Positions 45,058 to 54,231 of a stretch of DNA of 64,000 nucleotides are shown here, piece by piece. The position numbers and the translations under genes were made by a program. Under the pieces are notes generated by a model. That model was given only the letters and a program-made list of their open reading frames with translations, ran no database searches and was not told the origin of the DNA. The stretch's first letter is position 1, and each line of letters begins with the position of its first letter. The DNA is from a virus. Location: IMG/VR virus record IMGVR_UViG_3300032050_010539; one strand, written 5' to 3'.

Positions 45058-45873
45058 ATGATTACTCCAATAAACACAAAAGATGGTATTACATACTTTG
45101 GTTATAAATCAGGCCTCAGTCCTGGTATAGATATCACGCGTTCTCAGTTAGTAGAGTTTCTAGACACAGCGCTAGGTGCTGCTAATAATGAAGTATTACC
45201 TAATGTTATAGGGTTTCACGCGCGTATACCCTCCCGAGAGCTTATAACTGGAGTCGTTACAACTACTGCTAGTGATGGTAGGACTCGTGTGGTATTCGAC
45301 AATAATTTACGCATAACAGGGGTATATCCTCACAATGAGGCTACGCCGGGCCCATTTGTTCCTGTGCAGAACCCATATGTCATACCTAACCTGACAGATG
45401 AGCGAGTTGTATATATGTGTGCCTCTAATGCGGGTCTAGGTATACTACAGATACGTCTGAACTCAGGTGTACCAGACCAGAACGGCTATGTGTTTAATTA
45501 TATAGGTTATTCGACTGAGGCATACAATGTTAACTACCCACTGGATCTGCACTGTATAGTGTCGTATAAGATAGGGGACTCTACTGACAATGGTGTATTC
45601 GGTATAACTAATAATACCAGTACTACAGCCCGCACTATAACCCCCAGGCCTAATGTGAGTTGTAGGGAGAATCGAGCAAAGCCAACTAGTGACGTAGTCC
45701 TCAATGAATCTATTAAGGCGCAGCCATTTCTAGTATGGTTGGATAGGCCGCTGGCAATTGGAGGCGTAGCGAGCATAGTAGGTAATTCACATGGGTTATA
45801 TATAAGTTGTGGTCGTCTAGGCTCCGGCAGTATACTGATGAGAGTAATAGGGCAGAATATAGTATATTGCTAA
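45058..45873 (+). CDS. Putative tail/receptor-binding protein, paralog of 3768-4694
   Basis: 271 aa at the end of the baseplate operon; shares motif blocks with the 308-aa protein. Confidence 0.6.
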   Translation: MITPINTKDGITYFGYKSGLSPGIDITRSQLVEFLDTALGAANNEVLPNVIGFHARIPSRELITGVVTTTASDGRTRVVFDNNLRITGVYPHNEATPGPFVPVQNPYVIPNLTDERVVYMCASNAGLGILQIRLNSGVPDQNGYVFNYIGYSTEAYNVNYPLDLHCIVSYKIGDSTDNGVFGITNNTSTTARTITPRPNVSCRENRAKPTSDVVLNESIKAQPFLVWLDRPLAIGGVASIVGNSHGLYISCGRLGSGSILMRVIGQNIVYC

Positions 45874-46069
45874 CACCTGCGTATAGTTCTGACGCTGTAT
45901 CTATTAAAACTGTACAAATACCAAACTCAGGTCTCCCGTGATATCACTCAGGACAACAACTGAACAAATAACACCGGGCATACAGGATACAATGAGTTAT
46001 CCCGGCGATACTCTATTAGATGTAAATAGCTAGAGATAATTAATTACACATATTTAACCACCTCTTGCT

Positions 46070-46195
46070 TATTCTAAGTTCTTCATTTGTTGCCATTGTT
46101 TTAAGTGTCTGTAACCCCTGTTGTTTTAATAAAGTTTAAAATAGTCTCCATTATCTTTGTCGTTTCTGGAATCATAATATTGAACTCTTCTGCTG
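46070..46195 (-). pseudogene. Remnant duplicating the junction of the 47367-47780 and 47030-47362 genes
   Basis: About 100 bp similar to 47355-47450 (TGTTGCCATTGTTTTAAGTGT..AAAATAGTCT..ATTATCTTTGT..TCTGGAAT). Confidence 0.65.
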
Positions 46196-46597
46196 TTATT
46201 GTTGTAGTGTCACCTCGGTTTGTATTTCATGTTCAATAAATGAAAGGATATTAATCATGATTCGTGTTCCTTTTTCACGCCATAAGCTTAGTTCTTTACA
46301 TTGACATATTCCATCTCCTTTGAACAAAATTTTATTATTTTTTTCTTGGTTTACCCATACTGTAAAAACTCCTTCCCACGCTAAACGATCTATAATGCAA
46401 TAACCTTTTATTAAGTCAACTTGCAAATTACTCGGATCGTGACTAATAATGTCTATGTATATTTCTATAAAAGCTTTACATCCATAAATACACGGTTCCC
46501 CATTTTGTCCAGTCCATTTATCATCATCCCATCTTAATTCGGGATAATTTTCTTGACAAAAATATAGTATTTTCGTGGTTACTTCTGCTATGTTCAT
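46196..46597 (-). CDS. Paralog-array protein 1
   Basis: KI..FCQ..YPEL.W start; LWREKGT.IMINILSFIE.EIQTEVTL end. Confidence 0.75.
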   Translation of the reverse strand: MNIAEVTTKILYFCQENYPELRWDDDKWTGQNGEPCIYGCKAFIEIYIDIISHDPSNLQVDLIKGYCIIDRLAWEGVFTVWVNQEKNNKILFKGDGICQCKELSLWREKGTRIMINILSFIEHEIQTEVTLQQ

Positions 46598-47019
46598 AGT
46601 GTTACCTCGGTTTGTATTTCAGTTTCGATAAATGAAAGAATGTTAATCATAATTTGTGTTCCTTTTTCACGCCATAGATTTAGTTCTTCATGTTTAGCAG
46701 TCCCACTTTTCTTGAATGAGATTTTACTGTTTTTTCTATCATTTATCCATATAAGAAAACTTCCTTCCCAATCTAGATTAGAGATAGTAGTTCGACCATC
46801 TATATAATTTCTAAAATCACTAGGTGAACCGTCACTGCTATAAGAGTTGTTGCTATTGACCTTTATATCTATTTGTATTCCATTTATAGAATTAAGAATA
46901 GAGTGATACCCGTAAATCATGTCTTGAGTTTTAGTTAAAGACGTAAGTGACCACTTTAGCTCTGGGTAAGTTTTTTGGCAGAAATTAAATATTTTTTGGG
47001 ATGCTTCTTGTTTGTTCAT
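46594..47019 (-). CDS. Paralog-array protein 2
   Basis: Same termini as protein 1. Confidence 0.75.
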   Translation of the reverse strand: MNKQEASQKIFNFCQKTYPELKWSLTSLTKTQDMIYGYHSILNSINGIQIDIKVNSNNSYSSDGSPSDFRNYIDGRTTISNLDWEGSFLIWINDRKNSKISFKKSGTAKHEELNLWREKGTQIMINILSFIETEIQTEVTL

Positions 47020-47029
47020 TGTTATTACC

Positions 47030-47362
47030 TTAAATACAAATAACTAGATCACCGACACAAACATTGATAAATTTCTCGCAATTGTATCGAGAATTATTGC
47101 AAGCTTGAATAATAGAGGTATTTTCCTCAACAGAAATAACCATTCCTGACCCTTTATAAAGAATACGATGACCAATGAAGTCTCTAGTTATTGGGTCGTA
47201 TATTGGCTTGTTTGTAATTGAATAAACCAAGTGAGAGGCATCTATTCGGATACGATTTAATTCACCACGGTTTATTACTACTTTAAAATCATCGATAACT
47301 TCAATTACCTTAGCTGGATACGTTCCTTTAGGCGGAAGTCCTAGATCTTTATCTGTTGCCAT
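47030..47362 (-). CDS. Small beta-barrel hypothetical protein
   Basis: AKVIEVID..VVINRG..IYDPIT..IG..VGDLV pattern (FlgT C-terminal-like); start moved to MATDKD. Confidence 0.6.
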   Translation of the reverse strand: MATDKDLGLPPKGTYPAKVIEVIDDFKVVINRGELNRIRIDASHLVYSITNKPIYDPITRDFIGHRILYKGSGMVISVEENTSIIQACNNSRYNCEKFINVCVGDLVICI

Positions 47363-47366
47363 TGTT

Positions 47367-47780
47367 TTAAGTGTATGTAGCCTCAATTGTTTTAATAAAG
47401 CCTAAAATAGTCTTCATTATCTTTGTTGCTTCTGGAATTAAGATATTTAAGTTTTCGTTAATCCCCTCACTTTTTGGCTCTTTTTTAATCGAATCTATCT
47501 CAACCCAATCATGCCCAGTGGCTGTCCCCTCTACCCTAACTACTAAAGTTTTAGATGATTTGGAACGATACTCAACCCAAACATCGTATCTTCCTTCTAG
47601 CTCGTTTGGATAGAGAATATTGATAGAGCCTTCTAATACTAAATCTGTGAAGACATCTATTTGCCTTAGCTTAAGAGTCCATTTTGAGTAATCAGCCATT
47701 TTATAAGTATTATCACAAAAAACTCCGATTTGTTTTAATGCTTCTATCATTTTGTAAGCATCTATTTCCCATGTGTCCAT
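47367..47780 (-). CDS. Paralog-array protein 3 (divergent)
   Basis: IGVFCDNTY..W start; ATKIMKTILGFI end; GGAG RBS. Confidence 0.7.
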   Translation of the reverse strand: MDTWEIDAYKMIEALKQIGVFCDNTYKMADYSKWTLKLRQIDVFTDLVLEGSINILYPNELEGRYDVWVEYRSKSSKTLVVRVEGTATGHDWVEIDSIKKEPKSEGINENLNILIPEATKIMKTILGFIKTIEATYT

Positions 47781-47793
47781 CTGTTACTCCTAT

Positions 47794-48156
47794 CTATTCT
47801 TGAATTTCATCAAGGATGAAGTTAAAAATATCTAGCACTATTTTTCGGGTTTCTCTGTATTTGTTGTTAAAATAATCACGTTTTGACTTTCTAATATAAT
47901 CAAAGAATATTTTATTTTCATAAGAACGGTTATTGTCTCTATCGTCAGGGTTTATCCATAATTCAAATCCGCCCACATCATACGCTCCGCATGAAACACG
48001 CTTAAGCAGTCCATCCAGAAAAACCTCTATTATTAATTCATCAGGAAAAAGTGGACACTGAATTGTATTATTTTCAGAGTCAAGATTCCATCTTAAATTT
48101 GGATAACTTCTGTGACAGAATTCAAATATTTTCTCTGTTACTTGTTTTATGTCCAT
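47794..48156 (-). CDS. Paralog-array protein 4
   Basis: KIFEFCHRSYPNLRW start; TRKIVLDIFNFILDEIQ end; GGAG RBS. Confidence 0.75.
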   Translation of the reverse strand: MDIKQVTEKIFEFCHRSYPNLRWNLDSENNTIQCPLFPDELIIEVFLDGLLKRVSCGAYDVGGFELWINPDDRDNNRSYENKIFFDYIRKSKRDYFNNKYRETRKIVLDIFNFILDEIQE

Positions 48157-48181
48157 TTGTTACTCCTGTTGGGTGAAATTA

Positions 48182-48870
48182 TTAGGAAATACCTACTGTT
48201 TCCTCTACTACGATGCTATGGTGCCCGCTGCGACTTAGAGCTTCTAAGTAAGCCATTAGTCGGCTTTCGTGCATAGATGTTCTAATTCTGCAAGGCTTAT
48301 TTTTTTTATCTATTGTCCTGATTCTGTATCTCATTGTCTCCAATCCTTTAGGTGTTTTTTGCAATAATCTAAATATGCTTTGAGTCTATTAGCAGACTCT
48401 TGTTCTTCCGTTCCTTTGACAAGTCCTTTGTTCTTATCAAATCAGTATGACATTGATAAGTTTTTCCACACTTTTTAGTTTCTTTTTCCATAATTACACT
48501 TTCATTTGTTGTCTAAACAGTACCGTATGATAGACCTTAAATTAGCCTTATAGTCTTTATGAGAATCTATAAATTCTAGCGATAAAGCCGTTGAAACTAC
48601 TATATAAACTAGAATAGTTATACGAAAGATTATACTCCATAGTCGCTTTTTTGAATTTGTCATCATTCTGTACCTACACCTCTATTTTTTCAAGTCCACG
48701 TTGTTCTAGAATTTTATTATACTCTTTAATTTTTGAGTATAAAGCGTTACGTTTTTGTGTACATTTTCCCCAGCTTCTTGTTTAGCATTTTTATATTGTC
48801 CTGCGTAAAAATTAACATAATATCTAATTGTAGTAGTGTCCATGTTTGCTGCAACAAGCTTCATAATTTT
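48182..48870 (-). pseudogene. Cluster of very small, partly disrupted phage-like ORFs
   Basis: A 60-aa ORF (48182-48364), an ORF of about 54 aa from about 48665, and an RBS-led ORF from about 48863 whose reading continues in another frame. Confidence 0.45.
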
Positions 48871-48907
48871 CTCCTTGATTTATTATTGTTTTTAACTGAT
48901 AACTAAA

Positions 48908-49162
48908 TCAATTAATTGTCCACCTTGCCTGAACGTCATATATATAAAGTGGGTCAGGATCATCTGGTGGTTCATACATTTTATTATAAGCGTCCTCAAT
49001 GTTGACATCATTAATATCTTCCGCTAAACGGTTAATCAAAATAGCAGCCATGTTTTCAGCTTCCTCTTTGCTTAATTGAACATCTGACTTACTCCAATAA
49101 TCAGTTTCATACTCAAGAATGCACTTAACTAATTCATTAACACTATCTTGCAATTTACTCAT
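48908..49162 (-). CDS. Hypothetical acidic protein
   Basis: 84 aa, AAGGAGG RBS. Confidence 0.7.
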   Translation of the reverse strand: MSKLQDSVNELVKCILEYETDYWSKSDVQLSKEEAENMAAILINRLAEDINDVNIEDAYNKMYEPPDDPDPLYIYDVQARWTIN

Positions 49163-49191
49163 AATTTCCTCCTTGATTCATTACTTAAATC

Positions 49192-50007
49192 TTACATTAT
49201 TTTACTAGAATTGTCAAAAACCGGATTTAGTATGACTCCATCACTATCAAAAACTGTTCCAATAGTAGCAAGAGACGAAGTGACTAATCGGAGTAACTTG
49301 TCTTTTGTCTCTGCCAAATTCTTATCTTCTGTATTGCGCTGTAAACTTTGAGTATTATAAATTTTTTTAATTAATTCTTCACCAGCAGAAAAAACATTAC
49401 TATCTGAATATTTGGTTGTACTGGCTTCTTCAAAAAATATATTAATTCCCTCTGACCATTCAGCTTTTAACTCTGAGTCATCTACTTGCTCTAATAGATT
49501 ATTACTAAGAGATTGAAGTTCTTGAAGCTGCGTTTTGACATGAGGTGCTTTCGCATAAATTCTTCCCCAAGTGGCCAAAAAATCAAAAGTTTGTTCGGCA
49601 ATTAAAGGGGTTCCGTCCGCAAGACTAACTTTAAAAAAAGCGTCGAGGGCAGGGGCAAGAAGCGCAAAAATTGGTAATTCCCAACTATTGACAGAAGCGG
49701 TAAGAACAAGTAGGCTGATTCTAGATGGACTATCAGGGGGAATACTATTGCGAGATAAAATTGACGCAATAAATAACCAAACAACCTCATTGTTAATCTC
49801 GCTGTCATTCTGTAGAAGCTTACGTCCCAATACCCCTAAGCCGATTTCTGAAGCTTTGATCGATCCCAGTGCCAACAGATCTGCAAACTCTCTAACATGA
49901 CTATCCACCCTTCTCAGATTGCCGAAAGCTCTATCGATTTCTTCTCTAGCGTTATCACTATCGCCAGAGTCTAAAAATTGTTGTACTCTTCTAAGCATCG
50001 TTGTCAT
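49192..50007 (-). CDS. All-helical (HEAT/TPR-like) protein, possible immunity protein
   Basis: 271 aa, coupled (TAATG) to the upstream 80-aa ORF. Confidence 0.6.
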   Translation of the reverse strand: MTTMLRRVQQFLDSGDSDNAREEIDRAFGNLRRVDSHVREFADLLALGSIKASEIGLGVLGRKLLQNDSEINNEVVWLFIASILSRNSIPPDSPSRISLLVLTASVNSWELPIFALLAPALDAFFKVSLADGTPLIAEQTFDFLATWGRIYAKAPHVKTQLQELQSLSNNLLEQVDDSELKAEWSEGINIFFEEASTTKYSDSNVFSAGEELIKKIYNTQSLQRNTEDKNLAETKDKLLRLVTSSLATIGTVFDSDGVILNPVFDNSSKIM

Positions 50008-50249
50008 TATGTTTGGGGCGAAGGGATAAAGGTAAGACCACTGCGAATTTCAATATCTACACGGGCGTTTTTAGTTTTACGTTTAGAATCCTGAAATGAG
50101 TGCGGTTGTGCCTCTGGAGTGACACCACCTTGCTCACTAGCATTTGTAACAAAGCGTTCAGCTTTTCTAAACGCTTGTTTCCGTTCCTCTCGTTGACATT
50201 CGCTGCATTGCTCTTTTATATTAGCAAGAAATAATAAGTAGTCGTGCAA
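50007..50249 (-). CDS. Small basic protein, possible orphan toxin tip
   Basis: 80 aa ending GGV..SF..RVDIEI..G..F. Confidence 0.4.
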   Translation of the reverse strand: MHDYLLFLANIKEQCSECQREERKQAFRKAERFVTNASEQGGVTPEAQPHSFQDSKRKTKNARVDIEIRSGLTFIPSPQT

Positions 50250-50401
50250 AATAAATTTCCCAGTGAAGAAAGGCAGGGGGCAAGAAGTAAAGAGGGGATT
50301 AGATATGTGTAATTAATTTTGCTTAGGTACTTATTCTATAAGAACATTATGCACGATGGCTTAACTCAACATTTGCATCTACCGCCTCATACCAAAGGTC
50401 A

Positions 50402-50608
50402 TTAGTTATCATCTTCGATTCGAGACTTATCAATTATAACACAAGGTTTCCAAGTGGATTTTTCCTGAGATTTAATGTTTACTTCTTCGGAAAATAAGAT
50501 TTTCGGTTGATGAGAAACTACACTAGAACGTTTAATTTTAGTTAAATTCAAATATTCGATCATATCTTCTCCATCATCAAATTTGCGGTCAAAATCTTCA
50601 GCTTTCAT
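50402..50608 (-). pseudogene. brnA: Truncated BrnA/CopG-type antitoxin
   Basis: MKAEDFDRKFDDGEDMIEYLNL start typical of the family; the C-terminal RHH half is missing. Confidence 0.65.
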
Positions 50609-50687
50609 AAATTTTTACCTCTTTAGGTCTAGAGCATCGGACTGAAATAATACGGATTTTGGTTTGACGATAGGTAACTACAGCTGA
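50598..50687 (-). pseudogene. brnT: 3' fragment of BrnT ribonuclease toxin
   Basis: Translates SAVVTYRQTKIRIISVRCSRPKEVKIYES*, overlapping the antitoxin start; preceded by in-frame TAG. Confidence 0.7.
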
Positions 50688-50705
50688 CTATTACTTATTA
50701 CTTAA

Positions 50706-52130
50706 TTACTGTCTATTCTGTAATTTTATCACTAATTCGTGGAAAGGTTGCCAATCGTCTTTAGAGGTAATTGCTTCCCAAACCGATTCGATTAGCGGTC
50801 TAAGTAAAGCGGTTTTAGGATTATAATGCGTTAAGGTATCGCCAATTTGAGACAAGGAATCTGGGGGTAATTGATTTAAGACCAAACTATATAACTCTCG
50901 CCAACGTTGCCAATCAGCTTTTGGTAAATCCATATTTTCAAGAATTAGAGAACTATTTTCTCGCCAACCGTAATTAAATTGTTCACTTAATTGATAGAAA
51001 AATTCGTGATAACCGAGGCCAGTTTCTTGGAGAACTTCCACAGTTTTGCTGACCAGTAAAGCGGATTCGGGAGTAAAAATATCCTCAAAACCTAACTTTT
51101 TAAGCATCATTTTTTGATAATAAAAATTGTAGTGCTGGTCATAGTTAGCCAAGGCCATATCTAACTCTAACAAGGAGACAACCATGGCCAGGGGAGATTG
51201 CAGTAACTCTAGATTTAAACGACAGATAAAAGGCTGATTACCGTAACTATAGCGACCACCGTAGTCGAAATAGGCCGCCGTAAATTGGGGGTTATAGTAA
51301 GGAATAAAAGCGTAGGGACCATAATCAAAACTTTCCCCAGTAATTGACATATTATCGGTATTGAGAACCCCATGACAAAAACCTGCGGCCATCCATTGGG
51401 CTGCTAATTTAGCGGTTCTTTCGATTAAAGCGGCGTAAAATTTTAAATAGCGATCGCTATCTTGGGGATCGATTTCAGGATAATAATAAATAATCACATG
51501 ATCGAGGAGTCTTTTAATTAAATCGGCACGTTTAATATGAAATAAACGCTCAAAAGTCCCGAAACGAATATGAGAATTACTAACTCGAATCATCACCGAA
51601 GATCGCGTCGGGGAAGGTTCATCACCACGCCAGAGGGGTTCCCCCGTTTCCACCAAACTCAAACAGCGAGAGGTATTCACCCCTAAACCGCGTAAAGCTT
51701 CCCCGGCTAAGACTTCTCTAACTCCACCCTTGAGAGTTAACCTACCGTCCGCATGACGGGAATAGGGGGTCCGTCCCGATCCTTTCGTACCAAAATCGTA
51801 TAATTTGCCATCAATACCCCTAACTTGACCGTAGAGAAAACCGCGACCATCTCCCAAAAAAGGATTATACTCGCCAAATTGATAACCGTGGTAACGCAGG
51901 GCTAAAAAGGGGGTAAGGGCTTGAAATTTACCAAAAGCCTCGATAAAATGCTCATCTAAGGTTAATTCTGGCTGAATTCCCACCAAAGGTAATAAAGCAT
52001 CATTGCGAAAACGAAGGATATGACGGGGAAAATCCGCAGCCGCAACTTGATCATAGTATTGGCCCCCCAAATCCTGCATGGCGCTTTCGTAAGGGAGACT
52101 GAGAAAGAGATTGGTGAGATGGTCTGTCAT
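50706..52130 (-). CDS. selO: Protein adenylyltransferase SelO (YdiU/UPF0061), cyanobacterial type
   Basis: [36 protein letters not shown] and [23 protein letters not shown] motifs; intact 474 aa. Confidence 0.95.
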   Translation of the reverse strand: MTDHLTNLFLSLPYESAMQDLGGQYYDQVAAADFPRHILRFRNDALLPLVGIQPELTLDEHFIEAFGKFQALTPFLALRYHGYQFGEYNPFLGDGRGFLYGQVRGIDGKLYDFGTKGSGRTPYSRHADGRLTLKGGVREVLAGEALRGLGVNTSRCLSLVETGEPLWRGDEPSPTRSSVMIRVSNSHIRFGTFERLFHIKRADLIKRLLDHVIIYYYPEIDPQDSDRYLKFYAALIERTAKLAAQWMAAGFCHGVLNTDNMSITGESFDYGPYAFIPYYNPQFTAAYFDYGGRYSYGNQPFICRLNLELLQSPLAMVVSLLELDMALANYDQHYNFYYQKMMLKKLGFEDIFTPESALLVSKTVEVLQETGLGYHEFFYQLSEQFNYGWRENSSLILENMDLPKADWQRWRELYSLVLNQLPPDSLSQIGDTLTHYNPKTALLRPLIESVWEAITSKDDWQPFHELVIKLQNRQ

Positions 52131-52360
52131 AGTGGTGGTGTCGATAGAGCTTTGAGACGATAAAGTGATAAAGAGGGTTAATACTAAATCCGTTGAGTAT
52201 GCGCTACATATCAGGCCGCTGCTCTCAGGGTTATGATTAAATATGGGGTACTCTAATATTAGAATATATAGTGTAGGAGAAAAAAGTCATCCTACAAGTT
52301 AGAGTCCAGAGGCGTCTAATATGACTCTTAACATTTAATCCTTACTACAACGCAAATTAT

Positions 52361-54097
52361 ATGACTATTCAAGAGACTGCACTAGCATTACCACTACTCC
52401 CCAGCATAATAACTGGAGACTCAATGGTAATGGTGCTAATTCGTAATGGAACAGTAACACCATACCGCATTAATCTGAGTACCCTATTACCTGGGCCCGC
52501 TACAGCCAGCGTACTAGGTACTATCAGGCTAACCGGCGACTTAGGTGGTACAGCAACAGCGCCTACCGTACCCGGCCTGGCAACACGAGCCCCTATCAAT
52601 AACGCAGCACTAACCGGGGCCCCCACTGCTCCCACACCTCCTAGTGGCGACAATAATACGCGGTTGGCCACTACTGCTTGGGTACGCACGCATATAAATA
52701 GCACTGGTATTAATACGCTGAGTGATGTGACTATAACTACTCCTGTTATAGGGCAAAACCTAACATGGAATGGCACTAACTGGGTTAATGCTACAGCATC
52801 TGGTGGGGGGGATTTACTAGCGCTCAATAATTTAAATGATGTAAATAACAGACAGACTGCGCTCAATAATCTAATAGATGGTGATAATAATATCCACACT
52901 ACAGGCACTATTAGGTGGAGCACCAATATAGCTAATATAGGTGGCCTACCACCAGCTAATACCTACCGAGGTATGTTTGCTGCAGTCAATGACGCGGGGG
53001 GTGCCTATTATTCTAATGGTACTGAGTGGCTACGGCTAGATAGAGCGCTGCTCAATGACCTCAATGATGTTAATACTGCAGGCGTAACTAATGGTCAGGT
53101 TCTAGCATATCAGAGTGGTAACTGGATACCTACTACTCTGGCGGCGGGTCCAGCCACTACTACTAATCTACCTGAGGGCGCTAACCTCTATCATACAAGC
53201 GCTCGAGTAGATGCGCGTATCGAGCTGGCGGAATTATCTGATCTACTGAATGTCAGCAATACAGCAGCTACTAATGGGCAGTACCTAGCGTGGAATAGCG
53301 CAACTAGTAACTGGGTTCCTACCACACCAACTGGTTCTACTTTCACTAGCCCTCTTACTACTAAGGGCGATCTACATACATATAGTACTACCAATGCTCG
53401 TCTGCCCATAGGGGCTAATGGCACCTTCTTAGTAGCTGACTCTACAACGACGACGGGGCTACGGTGGCAGGCCCCCGCTGATACTGATGATATAGCTGAG
53501 GGTACAACTAATCTCTACTACACTGATGCACGTGTAACTACTAGATTCAATACTCTAATTCCTGCAGTAGCTAAGGGGGATCTATTGGTACAGGGTGCCA
53601 CAGTACTAAGTCGGCTCCCTGTAGGCAGCAACGACCAGGTACTACTGGCCGATAGCACTACAGCCACTGGTTTGCGCTGGGGTACAGTTAATAGTGGAGG
53701 CGGCGCTCTGGCAGGTCTATCTGATGTAGCTATTACTAGCCCTGCGCAGGGACAGGTATTGACGTGGAATGCCACTACCAGTAGATGGAACGCAGCCAAC
53801 CTCAGTAATCAGGTATCACTGAATAGGCAGTCTCTCACTGAGGCGCTGACTCTCACACTATCCAGCGCTGGTACACAACACCTGGACCCTGGTGGTACGA
53901 ACAGAGATGTATTATTACCGCCTAACCCTACGGTGGGTACGCGTTTCCGTATACTGAATCTGGCGCCCGCGTTTAATATTCTAGTTAAGAATCCCAATAC
54001 TAGCGCTACCGTACTGACGCTGGGTAATACCAGCACGAGTATACAGGCAGAGTTCACATGGGATGGCGTAGATTGGTACTCTTGGGAACCTGCCTAA
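52361..54097 (+). CDS. Tail fibre protein
   Basis: ALTGAPTAPTP..DN.TRLATTAWV; repeated L.DL.DV..NGQ.L.W, TNLPEG.NLY.T.AR and KGDL..RLP.G..GLRW units. Confidence 0.85.
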   Translation: MTIQETALALPLLPSIITGDSMVMVLIRNGTVTPYRINLSTLLPGPATASVLGTIRLTGDLGGTATAPTVPGLATRAPINNAALTGAPTAPTPPSGDNNTRLATTAWVRTHINSTGINTLSDVTITTPVIGQNLTWNGTNWVNATASGGGDLLALNNLNDVNNRQTALNNLIDGDNNIHTTGTIRWSTNIANIGGLPPANTYRGMFAAVNDAGGAYYSNGTEWLRLDRALLNDLNDVNTAGVTNGQVLAYQSGNWIPTTLAAGPATTTNLPEGANLYHTSARVDARIELAELSDLLNVSNTAATNGQYLAWNSATSNWVPTTPTGSTFTSPLTTKGDLHTYSTTNARLPIGANGTFLVADSTTTTGLRWQAPADTDDIAEGTTNLYYTDARVTTRFNTLIPAVAKGDLLVQGATVLSRLPVGSNDQVLLADSTTATGLRWGTVNSGGGALAGLSDVAITSPAQGQVLTWNATTSRWNAANLSNQVSLNRQSLTEALTLTLSSAGTQHLDPGGTNRDVLLPPNPTVGTRFRILNLAPAFNILVKNPNTSATVLTLGNTSTSIQAEFTWDGVDWYSWEPA

Positions 54098-54231
54098 CAT
54101 TCAGGTTAATAGCAGGCGCAGCGTATAGTATAGAGTAGGTAATACTAGCGATACTGCGCTGTCACTAGGTACAATAGATCAAACGGTACGGTTAAGCACC
54201 GGCGTATGGTATATAACGGGGACTATAATTT

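Larger units (their letters stand above)
46038..50318. repeat. 29-bp imperfect inverted repeat pair (46038-46066 and 50290-50318)
   Basis: AATTAATTACACATATTTAACCACCTCTT versus the reverse complement AATTAATTACACATATCTAATCCCCTCTT, 26/29 identical. Confidence 0.8.
46038..52190 (-). mobile_element. AT-rich host/prophage-derived insertion, genes antisense to the tail operon (boundaries approximate)
   Basis: Abrupt shift to poly-A/T-rich composition, strand switch, cyanobacterial HIP1 site GCGATCGC at 51450, bacterial selO and brnTA remnants. Confidence 0.85.

Noticed and set aside
3768-45873. Diversity-generating retroelement or invertase shufflon acting on the paralog pair
   Set aside because: No reverse transcriptase or recombinase in the window and no near-identical template/variable repeat pair.
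54098-54231. Structured RNA or fibre-gene remnant after the tail fibre
   Set aside because: No convincing stem or initiated ORF; cannot be supported.
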